Shown here piece after piece: positions 44,241-58,660 of a stretch of 64,000 bases of DNA. Both the position numbers and the translations under genes were made by a program. Source of the DNA: Escherichia coli (GTDB taxonomy: Bacteria; Pseudomonadota; Gammaproteobacteria; Enterobacterales; Enterobacteriaceae); the NCBI RefSeq assembly GCF_046105845.1, contig NZ_CP151004.1. The stretch is one strand, 5' to 3'. Every line of letters starts with the position of its first letter. The stretch's first letter is position 1. The notes below the pieces were generated by a model that saw only the letters and a list, made by a program, of their open reading frames with translations, did not search any database and was not told the origin of the DNA.

Positions 44241-44984
44241 TTGGCTATAGCACTTGTGACCGGTGGCAGTCGCGGCATCGGGCGGGCAACTGCATTACTG
44301 TTGGCGCAAGAAGGGTATACGGTGGCGGTTAATTATCAGCAAAACCTCCACGCGGCGCAGGAAGTGGTGAACTTAATCACGCAAGCCGGTGGCAAGGCAT
44401 TCGTGCTCCAGGCGGATATCAGCGACGAAAATCAGGTCGTCGAGATGTTTACCGCAATCGATCTGCACGATGAACCGCTAGCTGCACTGGTCAATAACGC
44501 CGGGATCTTGTTTACCCAGTGCACCGTAGAAAACCTTACCGCAGAGCGAATCAACCGGGTACTTTCCACCAATGTGACGGGACATTTTCTCTGTTGCCGC
44601 GAGGCGGTAAAACGCATGGCGCTGAAAAATGGCGGTAATGGCGGTGCTATCGTCAACGTCTCTTCAGTGGCCTCACGGCTGGGATCTCCGGGGGAATACG
44701 TTGATTATGCGGCATCGAAAGGGGCGATTGATACGTTAACCACAGGGCTGTCGCTGGAAGTCGCTGCGCAAGGAATTCGCGTTAATGGCGTGCGGCCCGG
44801 TTTTATCTATACCGGAATGCACGCCAGCGGTGGCGAACCTGGACGCGTTGATCGCGTTAAGTCGAACATCCCCATGCAGCGCGGTGGGCAGGCGGAAGAG
44901 GTCGCGCAGGCCATCGTCTGGCTGTTAAGTGATAAAGCCTCTTATGTCACGGGAAGTTTTATCGATTTGGCGGGCGGAAAATAA
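44241..44984 (+). CDS. ygfF: Short-chain dehydrogenase/reductase
   Basis: 247-aa ORF with SDR Rossmann motif TGGSRGIGRA and catalytic Y-x3-K. Confidence 0.92.
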   Translation: MAIALVTGGSRGIGRATALLLAQEGYTVAVNYQQNLHAAQEVVNLITQAGGKAFVLQADISDENQVVEMFTAIDLHDEPLAALVNNAGILFTQCTVENLTAERINRVLSTNVTGHFLCCREAVKRMALKNGGNGGAIVNVSSVASRLGSPGEYVDYAASKGAIDTLTTGLSLEVAAQGIRVNGVRPGFIYTGMHASGGEPGRVDRVKSNIPMQRGGQAEEVAQAIVWLLSDKASYVTGSFIDLAGGK

Positions 44985-45045
44985 GATGGGAAAGTTATCT
45001 GACCGGATGCAACACAATTGGCGTTGCATCCGGCACATCAGATAA

Positions 45046-46506
<1,461 letters not shown>

Positions 46507-46523
46507 TTACAGGAAATAGTACC

Positions 46524-46835
46524 ATGCAGCCAAACGACATCACTTTTTTTCAACGTTTCCAGGATGACATTCTGGCTGGGCGTAAAACCATCACCATCCG
46601 CGACGAGTCTGAATCGCACTTCAAAACGGGTGATGTGCTTCGTGTCGGGCGTTTTGAAGATGACGGTTATTTTTGCACGATTGAAGTCACCGCAACCTCA
46701 ACCGTAACGCTGGATACACTGACGGAAAAACATGCAGAGCAGGAAAATATGACCCTGCCTGAACTGAAAAAGGTCATTGCCGACATCTATCCCGGCCAGA
46801 CACAGTTTTATGTGATTGAATTTAAATGCCTTTAA
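46524..46835 (+). CDS. yqfB: ASCH-domain protein YqfB
   Basis: 103-aa [33 protein letters not shown]... Confidence 0.9.
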   Translation: MQPNDITFFQRFQDDILAGRKTITIRDESESHFKTGDVLRVGRFEDDGYFCTIEVTATSTVTLDTLTEKHAEQENMTLPELKKVIADIYPGQTQFYVIEFKCL

Positions 46836-46995
46836 ATTGAACTTACGCCTGTTAGTTGAAATTTTGCATTTAATTTCATGATTTTTAGGAGATTAGTCCC
46901 AAATCAGAATTTATTTTAGCTAACAGGTGTTCACTGGAACTATTCTCAGTTACGCTGGAGAGGTATACATGTGCGTGTACGTTTCTCCGGAGTAA

Positions 46996-47658
<663 letters not shown>

Positions 47659-47695
47659 TGGGTGTGCCTTTGTAGGCCTGAAAAGACACACCCTT

Positions 47696-47726
47696 GTCGC
47701 ATCAGGCGATAAATGCATGATGCGAC
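47696..47726. repeat. REP-like palindrome between convergent yqfA and ygfZ
   Basis: gtcgcatcaggcg...tgatgcgac; contains the REP motif GCCTGATGCG on the complement. Confidence 0.5.
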
Positions 47727-47734
47727 ACAGAGAT

Positions 47735-48715
47735 TTACTCTTCGAGTGAATACGGCAGCGGCTCGATACGCAATGTATTCGCATCGTCACGCACGCGGAA
47801 GATGCTGTCCGGTTCCATATCGTTATTCATGACAACCTGTACCACGACCTGACCATCTTCCAGTTTTACCGCAGCCAGCACGGTTCCGGTACGACGCCAG
47901 TTCTCGCCCATTTTCAGCTCTAAGTCTTCACCGGCTTCCGGCAGTCGGCTGGCGCTACCCGTCAGCAACCAGAGCGCGCGTTTGTTGGCACCACGGAATT
48001 TAGCTCGCGCCACCATCTCTTGTCCGGTATAGCAGCCTTTTTTAAAGCTAATGCCGCCCAGCGCCTGGAGGTTGGTCGCCTGTGGGATAAACTGCCCGCT
48101 GTTGGCGGCATCAATCACCGGGAAACCCGCTTCAATGTTTAATGCCAGCCACTGTTGGCTATTGTTCAGTTCCGCTTCACCGCGCAGTTTATCGGTCAGC
48201 ATATTGGCAGTGGCTTCATCGGTTACGATCAGGAAACGTTCTGCCGGGTGTTCAAACCATAGCAAAGCGGTCGCGCCTTCTTTAACTACCTGTTTTTCTT
48301 TCGAAGGCAGTTCACTAAAGAGATTTGCCAGCGCGGCGCGCGCCTGAAAACCGGCAACACCAAGCAGCACACGCTCGTCGTCTGGCGCGATGGTCACTTT
48401 AGAGAACACCGCATATTTTTTCAGTTCAGTCAGCTGCGGTTCACGCACGCTGCGCCGTTCAATCCATGCAAAGCCATCGCCGTCGCGGAACAGACGTAAA
48501 TTGCTCCACATTTTACCTTTGGCGTCGCAATGGGCGGCGAGCAGGTGCTGATCTTCAGTCATCTGGCTGACATCTGCTGTCACCTGGCCTTGCATATATT
48601 TTTCGCTGTCCGCGCCAGTAATAGTGGCAAGCGCCCAGTCATCAAGCGTCATCAGCGTCAGCGGTAAACGGGCAGAAGCCGTAGGCTGACGGGGAGGAAA
48701 AGGTGTAAAAGCCAT
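47735..48715 (-). CDS. ygfZ: Folate-binding Fe-S cluster repair protein YgfZ
   Basis: 326-aa [52 protein letters not shown]... Confidence 0.94.
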   Translation of the reverse strand: MAFTPFPPRQPTASARLPLTLMTLDDWALATITGADSEKYMQGQVTADVSQMTEDQHLLAAHCDAKGKMWSNLRLFRDGDGFAWIERRSVREPQLTELKKYAVFSKVTIAPDDERVLLGVAGFQARAALANLFSELPSKEKQVVKEGATALLWFEHPAERFLIVTDEATANMLTDKLRGEAELNNSQQWLALNIEAGFPVIDAANSGQFIPQATNLQALGGISFKKGCYTGQEMVARAKFRGANKRALWLLTGSASRLPEAGEDLELKMGENWRRTGTVLAAVKLEDGQVVVQVVMNNDMEPDSIFRVRDDANTLRIEPLPYSLEE

Positions 48716-48945
48716 AATAGAGTCCTGAGTTGCTTAACGGCGTATTAATAACTAATGGTAAAAGAGCTATGAGGCAATGCAAGTGCTTTCACTACGCGAT
48801 CTGTGCCTTCTGCGAGGCGACTTCCAAAAAAATGAAGCCCTTGAATTGTTGTGAATTAATTTCGCGATCGTGATGGTGTTTACTGATATTCCCGTAAAAG
48901 AAGTCGAAAAACACGTTACAATAGCGGGGTACTGGATTTTCGTGA

Positions 48946-49612
<667 letters not shown>

Positions 49613-49651
49613 AGATGACGGCAAAGCATATGCGCTAAGCCGTCAGTGACA

Positions 49652-50173
49652 TCAGGCGTAATGCTCTGCCATTTCGTTGAGGATTTGCTCGCACCAGTTC
49701 TGAATACGCTCGTCGCTAAGGTCATACTGATTGGTTTCGTCCAGCGCCAGGCCCACGAACAGTTGCCCGTCAGCTATCACCGGTTTCGGGCTGGTAAACT
49801 CATATCCTTCCGTTGGCCAGTAGCCGACGAACTTCACGCCTTTGGTCGAGAGCTTGTCATGCAGCATACCGAGCGCATCGAGGAACCACTCGCCGTATCC
49901 CAGTTGATCGCCAAGCCCATACAGCGCAACAATTTTACCTTCGAGGTTCAGGTCGTCGAGCTGATCCCAGATGGCTTCCCAGTCTTCCTGGATTTCACCA
50001 AAATCCCAGGTCGGGATACCCAGAATGAGCACATCGTACTGCTCCATTAATTTCGGGGAGTCGTCCTTGAGGTTATGTAAGGTCACCAGTTCTGGGCCGA
50101 TAATATCGCGGATTTTTTCTGCCGCCATTTCGGTGTAACAGGTGCTGGAACCGTAAAAAAGACCCATATTCAT
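49652..50173 (-). CDS. fldB: Flavodoxin 2
   Basis: 173-aa [26 protein letters not shown]... Confidence 0.95.
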   Translation of the reverse strand: MNMGLFYGSSTCYTEMAAEKIRDIIGPELVTLHNLKDDSPKLMEQYDVLILGIPTWDFGEIQEDWEAIWDQLDDLNLEGKIVALYGLGDQLGYGEWFLDALGMLHDKLSTKGVKFVGYWPTEGYEFTSPKPVIADGQLFVGLALDETNQYDLSDERIQNWCEQILNEMAEHYA

Positions 50174-50284
50174 AACGTAAGCTTCTCGATTCTGCTGTGG
50201 CTTTTGTGGCTAGTGTATCAGAATCGCTTTAGTCACGGCACAATAAGGCATAATGGATCAAATGAGTGACCATAAGGGGCGCAA

Positions 50285-51181
50285 GTGAAACAGGATCTGG
50301 CACGCATCGAGCAGTTTCTTGATGCTCTGTGGCTGGAAAAAAATCTGGCTGAAAATACGTTGAACGCTTACCGTCGCGATCTGTCAATGATGGTGGAGTG
50401 GTTGCATCACCGCGGGTTGACGCTGGCGACGGCGCAAAGTGACGATTTGCAGGCATTACTGGCAGAAAGGCTGGAGGGCGGGTATAAAGCCACCAGCTCA
50501 GCGCGTTTGCTGAGTGCAGTGCGCCGATTGTTCCAGTATCTTTATCGCGAAAAGTTTCGTGAAGACGATCCCAGTGCGCATCTCGCTTCACCGAAATTGC
50601 CACAGCGTTTGCCAAAAGATTTAAGCGAAGCGCAGGTCGAACGTTTATTACAGGCACCATTAATTGATCAGCCACTGGAGCTACGCGATAAAGCCATGCT
50701 TGAAGTGTTGTATGCTACAGGGCTGCGTGTCTCTGAACTGGTCGGGCTGACAATGAGTGATATCAGTCTGCGTCAGGGCGTAGTGCGGGTCATTGGTAAA
50801 GGCAACAAAGAGCGCCTGGTGCCGTTAGGTGAAGAGGCGGTTTACTGGCTGGAAACGTATCTCGAGCATGGGCGACCTTGGTTGTTGAACGGTGTCTCTA
50901 TTGATGTGTTGTTCCCCAGCCAGCGTGCGCAGCAGATGACGCGACAGACCTTCTGGCACCGCATTAAACATTATGCCGTGCTGGCGGGTATCGACAGCGA
51001 AAAGCTGTCACCGCATGTGTTGCGTCACGCTTTTGCCACTCATTTATTAAATCATGGTGCGGATTTACGCGTGGTGCAGATGCTACTGGGCCACAGCGAT
51101 CTCTCCACCACGCAAATTTATACGCATGTCGCTACCGAGCGTCTGCGGCAACTTCATCAACAGCATCACCCGCGGGCGTGA
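50285..51181 (+). CDS. xerD: Site-specific tyrosine recombinase XerD
   Basis: 298-aa ORF with GTG start; catalytic RHxxR...Y residues (LRHAFATHLL, IYTHV). Confidence 0.96.
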   Translation: MKQDLARIEQFLDALWLEKNLAENTLNAYRRDLSMMVEWLHHRGLTLATAQSDDLQALLAERLEGGYKATSSARLLSAVRRLFQYLYREKFREDDPSAHLASPKLPQRLPKDLSEAQVERLLQAPLIDQPLELRDKAMLEVLYATGLRVSELVGLTMSDISLRQGVVRVIGKGNKERLVPLGEEAVYWLETYLEHGRPWLLNGVSIDVLFPSQRAQQMTRQTFWHRIKHYAVLAGIDSEKLSPHVLRHAFATHLLNHGADLRVVQMLLGHSDLSTTQIYTHVATERLRQLHQQHHPRA

Positions 51182-51205
51182 TGTCTGAAAAGAACGGGAA
51201 GATTT

Positions 51206-51916
51206 ATGAAGAAAGGTTTTATGTTGTTTACTTTGTTAGCGGCGTTTTCAGGCTTTGCTCAGGCTGATGACGCGGCAATTCAACAAACGTTAGCCAAAAT
51301 GGGCATCAAAAGCAGCGATATTCAGCCTGCGCCCGTAGCGGGCATGAAGACAGTTCTGACTAACAGCGGTGTGTTGTACATCACCGATGATGGTAAACAT
51401 ATCATTCAGGGGCCAATGTATGACGTTAGTGGCACGGCTCCGGTCAATGTCACCAATAAGATGCTGTTAAAGCAGTTGAATGCGCTTGAAAAAGAGATGA
51501 TCGTTTATAAAGCGCCGCAGGAAAAACACGTCATCACCGTGTTTACTGATATTACCTGTGGTTACTGCCACAAACTGCATGAGCAAATGGCAGACTATAA
51601 CGCGCTGGGGATCACCGTGCGTTATCTTGCTTTCCCGCGCCAGGGGCTGGATAGCGATGCAGAGAAAGAAATGAAAGCTATCTGGTGTGCGAAAGATAAA
51701 AACAAAGCGTTTGATGATGTGATGGCAGGTAAAAGCGTCGCACCAGCCAGCTGCGACGTGGATATTGCCGACCATTACGCACTTGGCGTCCAGCTTGGCG
51801 TTAGCGGTACTCCGGCAGTTGTGCTGAGCAATGGCACACTTGTTCCGGGTTACCAGCCGCCGAAAGAGATGAAAGAATTCCTCGACGAACACCAAAAAAT
51901 GACCAGCGGTAAATAA
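51206..51916 (+). CDS. dsbC: Periplasmic disulfide isomerase DsbC
   Basis: 236-aa ORF with signal peptide and CGYC active site. Confidence 0.96.
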   Translation: MKKGFMLFTLLAAFSGFAQADDAAIQQTLAKMGIKSSDIQPAPVAGMKTVLTNSGVLYITDDGKHIIQGPMYDVSGTAPVNVTNKMLLKQLNALEKEMIVYKAPQEKHVITVFTDITCGYCHKLHEQMADYNALGITVRYLAFPRQGLDSDAEKEMKAIWCAKDKNKAFDDVMAGKSVAPASCDVDIADHYALGVQLGVSGTPAVVLSNGTLVPGYQPPKEMKEFLDEHQKMTSGK

Positions 51917-51921
51917 TTCGC

Positions 51922-53655
51922 GTGAAACAACAGATACAACTTCGTCGCCGTGAAGTCGATGAAACGGCCGACTTGCCCGCTGAATTGCCTCCCTTGCTGC
52001 GCCGTTTATATGCCAGCCGGGGTGTGCGTAGCGCGCAGGAACTGGAACGCAGTGTTAAAGGCATGCTGCCCTGGCAGCAACTGAGCGGCGTCGAAAAGGC
52101 CGTTGAGATCCTTTACAACGCTTTTCGCGAAGGAACGCGGATTATTGTGGTCGGTGATTTCGACGCCGACGGTGCCACCAGCACGGCTCTAAGCGTGCTG
52201 GCGATGCGCTCGCTTGGTTGCAGCAATATCGACTACCTGGTTCCAAACCGTTTCGAAGACGGTTACGGCTTAAGCCCGGAAGTGGTCGATCAGGCCCATG
52301 CCCGTGGCGCGCAGTTAATTGTTACCGTGGATAACGGTATTTCCTCCCATGTGGGGGTTGAACACGCTCGTTCGTTGGGCATTCCGGTTATTGTTACCGA
52401 TCACCATTTGCCGGGCGACACATTACCCGCAGCGGAAGCGATCATTAACCCTAACTTGCGCGACTGTAATTTCCCGTCGAAATCACTGGCAGGCGTGGGT
52501 GTGGCGTTTTATCTGATGCTGGCGCTGCGCACCTTTTTGCGCGATCAGGGCTGGTTTGATGAGCGCGGCATCGCAATTCCTAATCTGGCAGAACTGCTGG
52601 ATCTGGTAGCGTTGGGGACAGTGGCGGACGTCGTGCCGCTGGACGCTAATAATCGCATTCTGACCTGGCAGGGGATGAGTCGCATCCGTGCCGGAAAGTG
52701 CCGTCCAGGGATTAAAGCGCTGCTGGAAGTGGCAAACCGTGATGCACAAAAACTCGCCGCCAGCGATTTAGGTTTTGCGCTGGGGCCACGTCTCAATGCT
52801 GCCGGGCGACTGGACGATATGTCCGTCGGTGTGGCGCTGTTGCTGTGCGACAACATCGGCGAAGCGCGCGTGCTGGCAAATGAACTCGATGCGCTAAACC
52901 AGACGCGAAAAGAGATCGAACAAGGAATGCAAGTTGAAGCCCTGACCCTGTGCGAGAAACTGGAGCGCAGCCGTGACACGCTACCCGGCGGGCTGGCAAT
53001 GTATCACCCCGAATGGCATCAGGGCGTTGTCGGCATTCTGGCTTCGCGCATCAAAGAGCGTTTTCACCGTCCGGTTATCGCGTTTGCGCCAGCAGGTGAC
53101 GGTACGCTGAAAGGTTCCGGTCGCTCCATTCAGGGGCTGCATATGCGTGATGCGCTGGAGCGATTAGACACACTCTACCCCGGCATGATGCTCAAGTTTG
53201 GCGGTCATGCGATGGCGGCGGGTTTGTCGCTGGAAGAGGATAAATTCGAACTCTTTCAACAACGGTTTGGCGAACTGGTTACTGAGTGGCTGGACCCTTC
53301 GCTATTGCAAGGCGAAGTGGTGTCAGACGGTCCGTTAAGTCCAGCCGAAATGACCATGGAAGTGGCGCAGCTGCTGCGCGATGCTGGCCCGTGGGGGCAG
53401 ATGTTCCCGGAGCCGCTGTTTGACGGTCATTTCCGCCTTCTGCAACAACGACTGGTAGGCGAACGCCATTTGAAGGTCATGGTTGAACCGGTCGGCGGCG
53501 GCCCGCTGCTGGACGGCATTGCCTTTAACGTTGATACCGCCCTTTGGCCGGATAACGGCGTGCGCGAAGTGCAACTGGCTTATAAGCTTGATATCAACGA
53601 GTTTCGCGGCAATCGCAGCCTGCAAATTATCATCGACAATATCTGGCCAATTTAG
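51922..53655 (+). CDS. recJ: Single-stranded-DNA-specific 5'-3' exonuclease RecJ
   Basis: 577-aa ORF with GTG start; DHH motifs (DFDADGATS, DHH). Confidence 0.96.
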   Translation: MKQQIQLRRREVDETADLPAELPPLLRRLYASRGVRSAQELERSVKGMLPWQQLSGVEKAVEILYNAFREGTRIIVVGDFDADGATSTALSVLAMRSLGCSNIDYLVPNRFEDGYGLSPEVVDQAHARGAQLIVTVDNGISSHVGVEHARSLGIPVIVTDHHLPGDTLPAAEAIINPNLRDCNFPSKSLAGVGVAFYLMLALRTFLRDQGWFDERGIAIPNLAELLDLVALGTVADVVPLDANNRILTWQGMSRIRAGKCRPGIKALLEVANRDAQKLAASDLGFALGPRLNAAGRLDDMSVGVALLLCDNIGEARVLANELDALNQTRKEIEQGMQVEALTLCEKLERSRDTLPGGLAMYHPEWHQGVVGILASRIKERFHRPVIAFAPAGDGTLKGSGRSIQGLHMRDALERLDTLYPGMMLKFGGHAMAAGLSLEEDKFELFQQRFGELVTEWLDPSLLQGEVVSDGPLSPAEMTMEVAQLLRDAGPWGQMFPEPLFDGHFRLLQQRLVGERHLKVMVEPVGGGPLLDGIAFNVDTALWPDNGVREVQLAYKLDINEFRGNRSLQIIIDNIWPI

Positions 53656-53745
53656 CGTCATCTTCTCTATAAAAAAGAGCGTGGATTGGGTACAATCCCG
53701 CTCTTATCACCGCATTTTGACTAGCTCAAGAAAAGAAATCAGACC

Positions 53746-54844
53746 ATGTTTGAAATTAATCCGGTAAATAATCGCATTCAGGACCTCACGGAACGCTCCG
53801 ACGTTCTTAGGGGGTATCTTTGACTATGACGCCAAGAAAGAGCGTCTGGAAGAAGTAAACGCCGAGCTGGAACAGCCGGATGTCTGGAACGAACCCGAAC
53901 GCGCACAGGCGCTGGGTAAAGAGCGTTCCTCCCTCGAAGCCGTTGTCGACACCCTTGACCAAATGAAACAGGGGCTGGAAGATGTTTCTGGTCTGCTGGA
54001 ACTGGCTGTAGAAGCTGACGACGAAGAAACCTTTAACGAAGCCGTTGCTGAACTCGACGCTCTGGAAGAAAAACTGGCGCAGCTTGAGTTCCGCCGTATG
54101 TTCTCTGGCGAATATGACAGCGCCGACTGCTACCTCGATATTCAGGCGGGGTCTGGTGGTACGGAAGCACAGGACTGGGCGAGCATGCTTGAGCGTATGT
54201 ATCTGCGCTGGGCAGAATCGCGTGGTTTCAAAACTGAAATCATCGAAGAGTCGGAAGGTGAAGTGGCGGGTATTAAATCCGTGACGATCAAAATCTCCGG
54301 CGATTACGCTTACGGCTGGCTGCGTACAGAAACTGGCGTTCACCGCCTGGTGCGTAAGAGCCCGTTTGACTCCGGCGGTCGTCGCCACACGTCGTTCAGC
54401 TCCGCGTTTGTTTACCCGGAAGTTGATGACGATATTGATATCGAAATCAACCCGGCGGATCTGCGCATCGACGTTTATCGCGCGTCCGGCGCGGGCGGTC
54501 AGCACGTTAACCGTACCGAATCTGCGGTGCGTATTACCCACATCCCGACCGGGATCGTGACCCAGTGCCAGAACGACCGTTCCCAGCACAAGAACAAAGA
54601 CCAGGCCATGAAGCAGATGAAAGCGAAGCTTTATGAACTGGAGATGCAGAAGAAAAATGCCGAGAAACAGGCGATGGAAGATAATAAATCTGATATCGGC
54701 TGGGGCAGCCAGATTCGTTCTTATGTCCTTGATGACTCCCGCATTAAAGATCTGCGTACCGGGGTAGAAACCCGCAACACGCAGGCCGTGCTGGACGGCA
54801 GCCTGGATCAATTTATCGAAGCAAGTTTGAAAGCAGGGTTATGA
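53746..54844 (+). CDS. prfB: Peptide chain release factor 2, expressed through a programmed +1 frameshift
   Basis: Frame 0: ATG 53746 to codon 25 CUU (53818-53820) then in-frame UGA (53821-53823), giving [25 protein letters not shown]; +1 frame from GAC at 53822 continues [22 protein letters not shown]... to 54844 (ORF track 53963..54844). Total 365 aa; GGQ motif present. Confidence 0.95.
53806..53824 (+). promoter_or_regulatory. prfB autoregulatory frameshift site (internal SD + CUU UGA C)
   Basis: cttagggggtatctttgac: SD-like AGGGGG three nt upstream of the slippery CUU-UGA-C. Confidence 0.9.
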
Positions 54845-54853
54845 GGAACCAAC

Positions 54854-56371
54854 ATGTCTGAACAACACGCACAGGGCGCTGACGCGGTAGTCGATCTTAA
54901 CAATGAACTGAAAACGCGTCGTGAGAAGCTGGCGAACCTGCGCGAGCAGGGGATTGCCTTCCCGAACGATTTCCGTCGCGATCATACCTCTGACCAATTG
55001 CACGCAGAATTCGACGGTAAAGAGAACGAAGAACTGGAAGCGCTGAACATCGAAGTTGCCGTTGCTGGCCGCATGATGACCCGTCGTATTATGGGTAAAG
55101 CGTCTTTCGTTACCCTGCAGGACGTGGGGGGCCGCATTCAGCTGTACGTTGCCCGTGACGATCTGCCGGAAGGCATTTACAACGAGCAGTTCAAAAAATG
55201 GGACCTCGGCGACATCCTCGGCGCGAAAGGTAAACTGTTCAAAACCAAAACTGGCGAACTGTCTATCCACTGCACCGAGCTGCGTCTGCTGACCAAAGCA
55301 CTGCGTCCGCTGCCGGACAAATTCCACGGCTTGCAGGATCAGGAAGCGCGCTATCGTCAGCGTTATTTGGATCTCATCTCTAACGATGAATCCCGCAACA
55401 CCTTTAAAGTGCGCTCGCAGATCCTCTCTGGTATTCGCCAGTTCATGGTGAACCGCGGCTTTATGGAAGTTGAAACGCCGATGATGCAGGTGATCCCAGG
55501 CGGTGCCGCTGCGCGTCCGTTTATCACCCACCATAATGCGCTGGATCTCGACATGTACCTGCGTATCGCGCCGGAACTGTACCTCAAGCGTCTGGTGGTC
55601 GGTGGCTTCGAGCGTGTATTCGAAATCAACCGTAACTTCCGTAACGAAGGTATCTCCGTACGTCATAACCCAGAGTTCACCATGATGGAACTCTATATGG
55701 CTTACGCGGATTACAAAGATCTGATCGAGCTGACCGAATCGCTGTTCCGTACTCTGGCACAGGATATTCTCGGTAAGACGGAAGTGACCTACGGCGACGT
55801 GACGCTGGACTTCGGTAAACCGTTCGAAAAACTGACCATGCGTGAAGCGATCAAGAAATATCGCCCGGAAACCGACATGGCAGATCTGGACAACTTCGAC
55901 TCTGCGAAAGCGATTGCTGAATCTATCGGTATCCACGTTGAGAAGAGCTGGGGTCTGGGCCGTATCGTTACCGAGATCTTCGAAGAAGTGGCAGAAGCAC
56001 ATCTGATTCAGCCGACCTTCATTACTGAATATCCGGCAGAAGTTTCTCCGCTGGCGCGTCGTAACGACGTTAACCCGGAAATCACAGACCGCTTTGAGTT
56101 CTTCATTGGTGGTCGTGAAATCGGTAACGGCTTTAGCGAGCTGAATGACGCGGAAGATCAGGCGCAGCGCTTCCTGGATCAGGTTGCCGCGAAAGACGCA
56201 GGCGACGACGAAGCGATGTTCTACGACGAAGATTATGTCACCGCACTGGAACATGGCTTACCGCCGACAGCAGGTCTGGGAATTGGTATCGACCGTATGG
56301 TAATGCTGTTCACCAACAGCCATACCATCCGCGACGTTATTCTGTTCCCGGCGATGCGTCCGGTGAAATAA
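54854..56371 (+). CDS. lysS: Lysyl-tRNA synthetase, constitutive
   Basis: 505-aa [36 protein letters not shown]...; class II aaRS motifs. Confidence 0.97.
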   Translation: MSEQHAQGADAVVDLNNELKTRREKLANLREQGIAFPNDFRRDHTSDQLHAEFDGKENEELEALNIEVAVAGRMMTRRIMGKASFVTLQDVGGRIQLYVARDDLPEGIYNEQFKKWDLGDILGAKGKLFKTKTGELSIHCTELRLLTKALRPLPDKFHGLQDQEARYRQRYLDLISNDESRNTFKVRSQILSGIRQFMVNRGFMEVETPMMQVIPGGAAARPFITHHNALDLDMYLRIAPELYLKRLVVGGFERVFEINRNFRNEGISVRHNPEFTMMELYMAYADYKDLIELTESLFRTLAQDILGKTEVTYGDVTLDFGKPFEKLTMREAIKKYRPETDMADLDNFDSAKAIAESIGIHVEKSWGLGRIVTEIFEEVAEAHLIQPTFITEYPAEVSPLARRNDVNPEITDRFEFFIGGREIGNGFSELNDAEDQAQRFLDQVAAKDAGDDEAMFYDEDYVTALEHGLPPTAGLGIGIDRMVMLFTNSHTIRDVILFPAMRPVK

Positions 56372-56389
56372 GCATTACGTTATGCTCAC

Positions 56390-56415
56390 AACCCCGGCAA
56401 ATGTCGGGGTTTTTT
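56390..56415 (+). terminator. Terminator between convergent lysS and idi
   Basis: aaccccggcaaatgtcggggtttttt hairpin plus T-run; overlaps the idi stop codon. Confidence 0.7.
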
Positions 56416-56962
56416 AATTGTGCTGCGCGAAAGCAGACAACAATTTTCTTGCTTCACTATTGGCTGCCTGCATCACCATCCACGGACTGAACGCCCACGG
56501 TGTGGCATCAATACCGTGTAATACATCTGCTAAATCACACCATTGATAATCCATCACTTCATCATCGTTGATCTGTAATGCACTGGTCGTGCGTGCGGCA
56601 AATACCGGACACACTTCATTTTCCACAATGCCATTCGGATCGGTGGCGCGATAGCGAAAGTCAGGATAGATAGATTCAGGAGGCGTAATTTCCACGCCAA
56701 GCTCATAACGGCAACGGCGGATCACCGCGTCTTCGTTGCTTTCGCCCAGTTGTGGGTGCCCACAAACCGAGTTAGTCCACACGCCCGGCCACGCTTTTTT
56801 GCTAAGGGCGCGGCGAGTAACTAATAATTGCCCTTTGGCATTAAACAGCCAACTGGAGAACGCGAGATGTAAGAGAGTGTCTGCCGTGTGTGCGGCATAC
56901 TTTTCCAGCGTACCCGTGGGAACTCCCTGTGCATTCAATAAAATGACGTGTTCCGTTTGCAT
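56414..56962 (-). CDS. idi: Isopentenyl-diphosphate delta-isomerase (type 1, Nudix fold)
   Basis: 182-aa [44 protein letters not shown]... Confidence 0.95.
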   Translation of the reverse strand: MQTEHVILLNAQGVPTGTLEKYAAHTADTLLHLAFSSWLFNAKGQLLVTRRALSKKAWPGVWTNSVCGHPQLGESNEDAVIRRCRYELGVEITPPESIYPDFRYRATDPNGIVENEVCPVFAARTTSALQINDDEVMDYQWCDLADVLHGIDATPWAFSPWMVMQAANSEARKLLSAFAQHN

Positions 56963-57211
56963 AATTTCTCACATGTAATTCTGATCACTCATCATTATAG
57001 ATAATTGAAGAGTGAAATGATTAACCAAGTGAGCGTTTATCGACAACCGCCCGTTTTGAGCGGATGCCGACAGGTAAAAACCATTTAAAAAAGTAGCATC
57101 ATATATTTGAAGCGACTTTCAATGGCCATTGCAACACAGTCAGAAATGACAGGAATAGAGAGAGTAAAAAGCAACAACAGACTGAATATAGCGCGCATTA
57201 AAAGATTCATA

Positions 57212-58660
57212 TTATTCTCCATGCTCATTTTTCTTCAGCTTGCGCATCAGAAGCCACATACGTACTGTCCTGACTTTTAAATCTTTATCAGAGACGGATT
57301 CCTTCACCAGATCAGCATGATGCTGATAGCCATTAAAGAAGACGTTCAGCACAACGGCGCTAAGGGTTGCGAGCATAATGCCGCTATGCAGCAACGGTTG
57401 CAGTACGGCCGGTAACTTAGAAAAGAAATCGTGAGAGAGCGTCGGAGTCATGCCAACGCCGAGACTGATCGCCACAATATAGAGGTTGTAACGGTTAGTG
57501 GTGTAGTTACAGCGCGACAGAATTCGAATCCCTGTCGCCAGTACCATGCCGAACATCACCAGCCCAGCACCGCCCAGCACAAATTGCGGAATGGAGGCGA
57601 CCAGCACCGCCATTTTTGGCACCATGCCAAACAGGATTAATATAATTCCCGAAGAAATACACACCCAGCGGCTATGAACGCGCGTCACGCTAACCAGGCC
57701 AACGTTTTGTGAAAATGACGTGTGGGGGAAGCTGTTAAACGTTCCGCCTATCATTGTCCCTATGCCATCGACACGCAGCCCGCGAATAATATCGTGTGAA
57801 GAGAGTTTACGACCGACTATTTCACCCAGTGCCAGGAACATCCCCATCGACTCGATAAACACGATGATTAACACGGCAGTCATGGTCAGAATGGAAACGG
57901 GATCGAAAATCGGCATACCAAATGACATCGGCGTGACAATCGCAAACCATGAAGCATCATGTAGCCCGGATAAATTGACTTCATTCATCATCCACGAAAG
58001 TAAAAAGCCAAATACAATCCCCAGTAATACGGCGACGTTGGACATAAATCCTTTCGCATAGCGAGTAATGAGCAAGATAAAAATTAAGACGGCAAAGGAG
58101 ATCCCCAAATAAACGGGATTACCATATTGCGGATTCCCTTTACCTCCGGCGGCCCAGTCAATACCCACCTGAATGATGCTAAGTCCGATAGAAGTAATAA
58201 CCACACCGGTAACCAGTGGCGGGAATAAAGGCATCAAGCGACCGATAAGTGGCGCTAATAATGTGGTGATAAAACCCGCGGCGATAGTGGCACCAAATAT
58301 CCCCAGCAGGCCGATATCCGGGTTCATCCCAATGGCTATCATTGGTGTTACAGCGGCGAAGGTCACCGACATAATCACCGGCAGGCGGATCCCCATAAAG
58401 CGGCCGATACCGATACATTGCAATAATGTGACGATCCCGCAGCAAAAGAGATCCGAGCTAATGAGCATCGCAATAGCTTCTTTTGAGAGGCCCAGTCGGT
58501 CACCAATCATAAGTGGAACAGCGACTGCACCTGCGTACATGACAAGGACGTGTTGCAGACCGAGTATGATCAGCTTTCCTGGTGATAATATGCGGTCAAC
58601 CTCATCAGTTGGGCGGTCTTGCCCTGAAGATGAGGAAAGTTGGGAATCTATGGCGCTCAT
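57212..58660 (-). CDS. uacT: Nucleobase:cation symporter (NCS2) uric acid/xanthine permease
   Basis: ORF 57212..58789 trimmed to MSAIDSQLSSSSGQDRPTDEVDRILSPGKLIILGLQHVLVMYAGAV at 58660 with SD aaggag; 482 aa. Confidence 0.92.
   Translation of the reverse strand: MSAIDSQLSSSSGQDRPTDEVDRILSPGKLIILGLQHVLVMYAGAVAVPLMIGDRLGLSKEAIAMLISSDLFCCGIVTLLQCIGIGRFMGIRLPVIMSVTFAAVTPMIAIGMNPDIGLLGIFGATIAAGFITTLLAPLIGRLMPLFPPLVTGVVITSIGLSIIQVGIDWAAGGKGNPQYGNPVYLGISFAVLIFILLITRYAKGFMSNVAVLLGIVFGFLLSWMMNEVNLSGLHDASWFAIVTPMSFGMPIFDPVSILTMTAVLIIVFIESMGMFLALGEIVGRKLSSHDIIRGLRVDGIGTMIGGTFNSFPHTSFSQNVGLVSVTRVHSRWVCISSGIILILFGMVPKMAVLVASIPQFVLGGAGLVMFGMVLATGIRILSRCNYTTNRYNLYIVAISLGVGMTPTLSHDFFSKLPAVLQPLLHSGIMLATLSAVVLNVFFNGYQHHADLVKESVSDKDLKVRTVRMWLLMRKLKKNEHGE

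Noticed and set aside
50285-51181. Tyrosine recombinase as a marker of an integrative mobile element
   Set aside because: The sequence is the housekeeping chromosome-dimer resolvase XerD in its conserved xerD-dsbC-recJ context; there is no attachment site, flanking direct repeat or phage/IS gene nearby.
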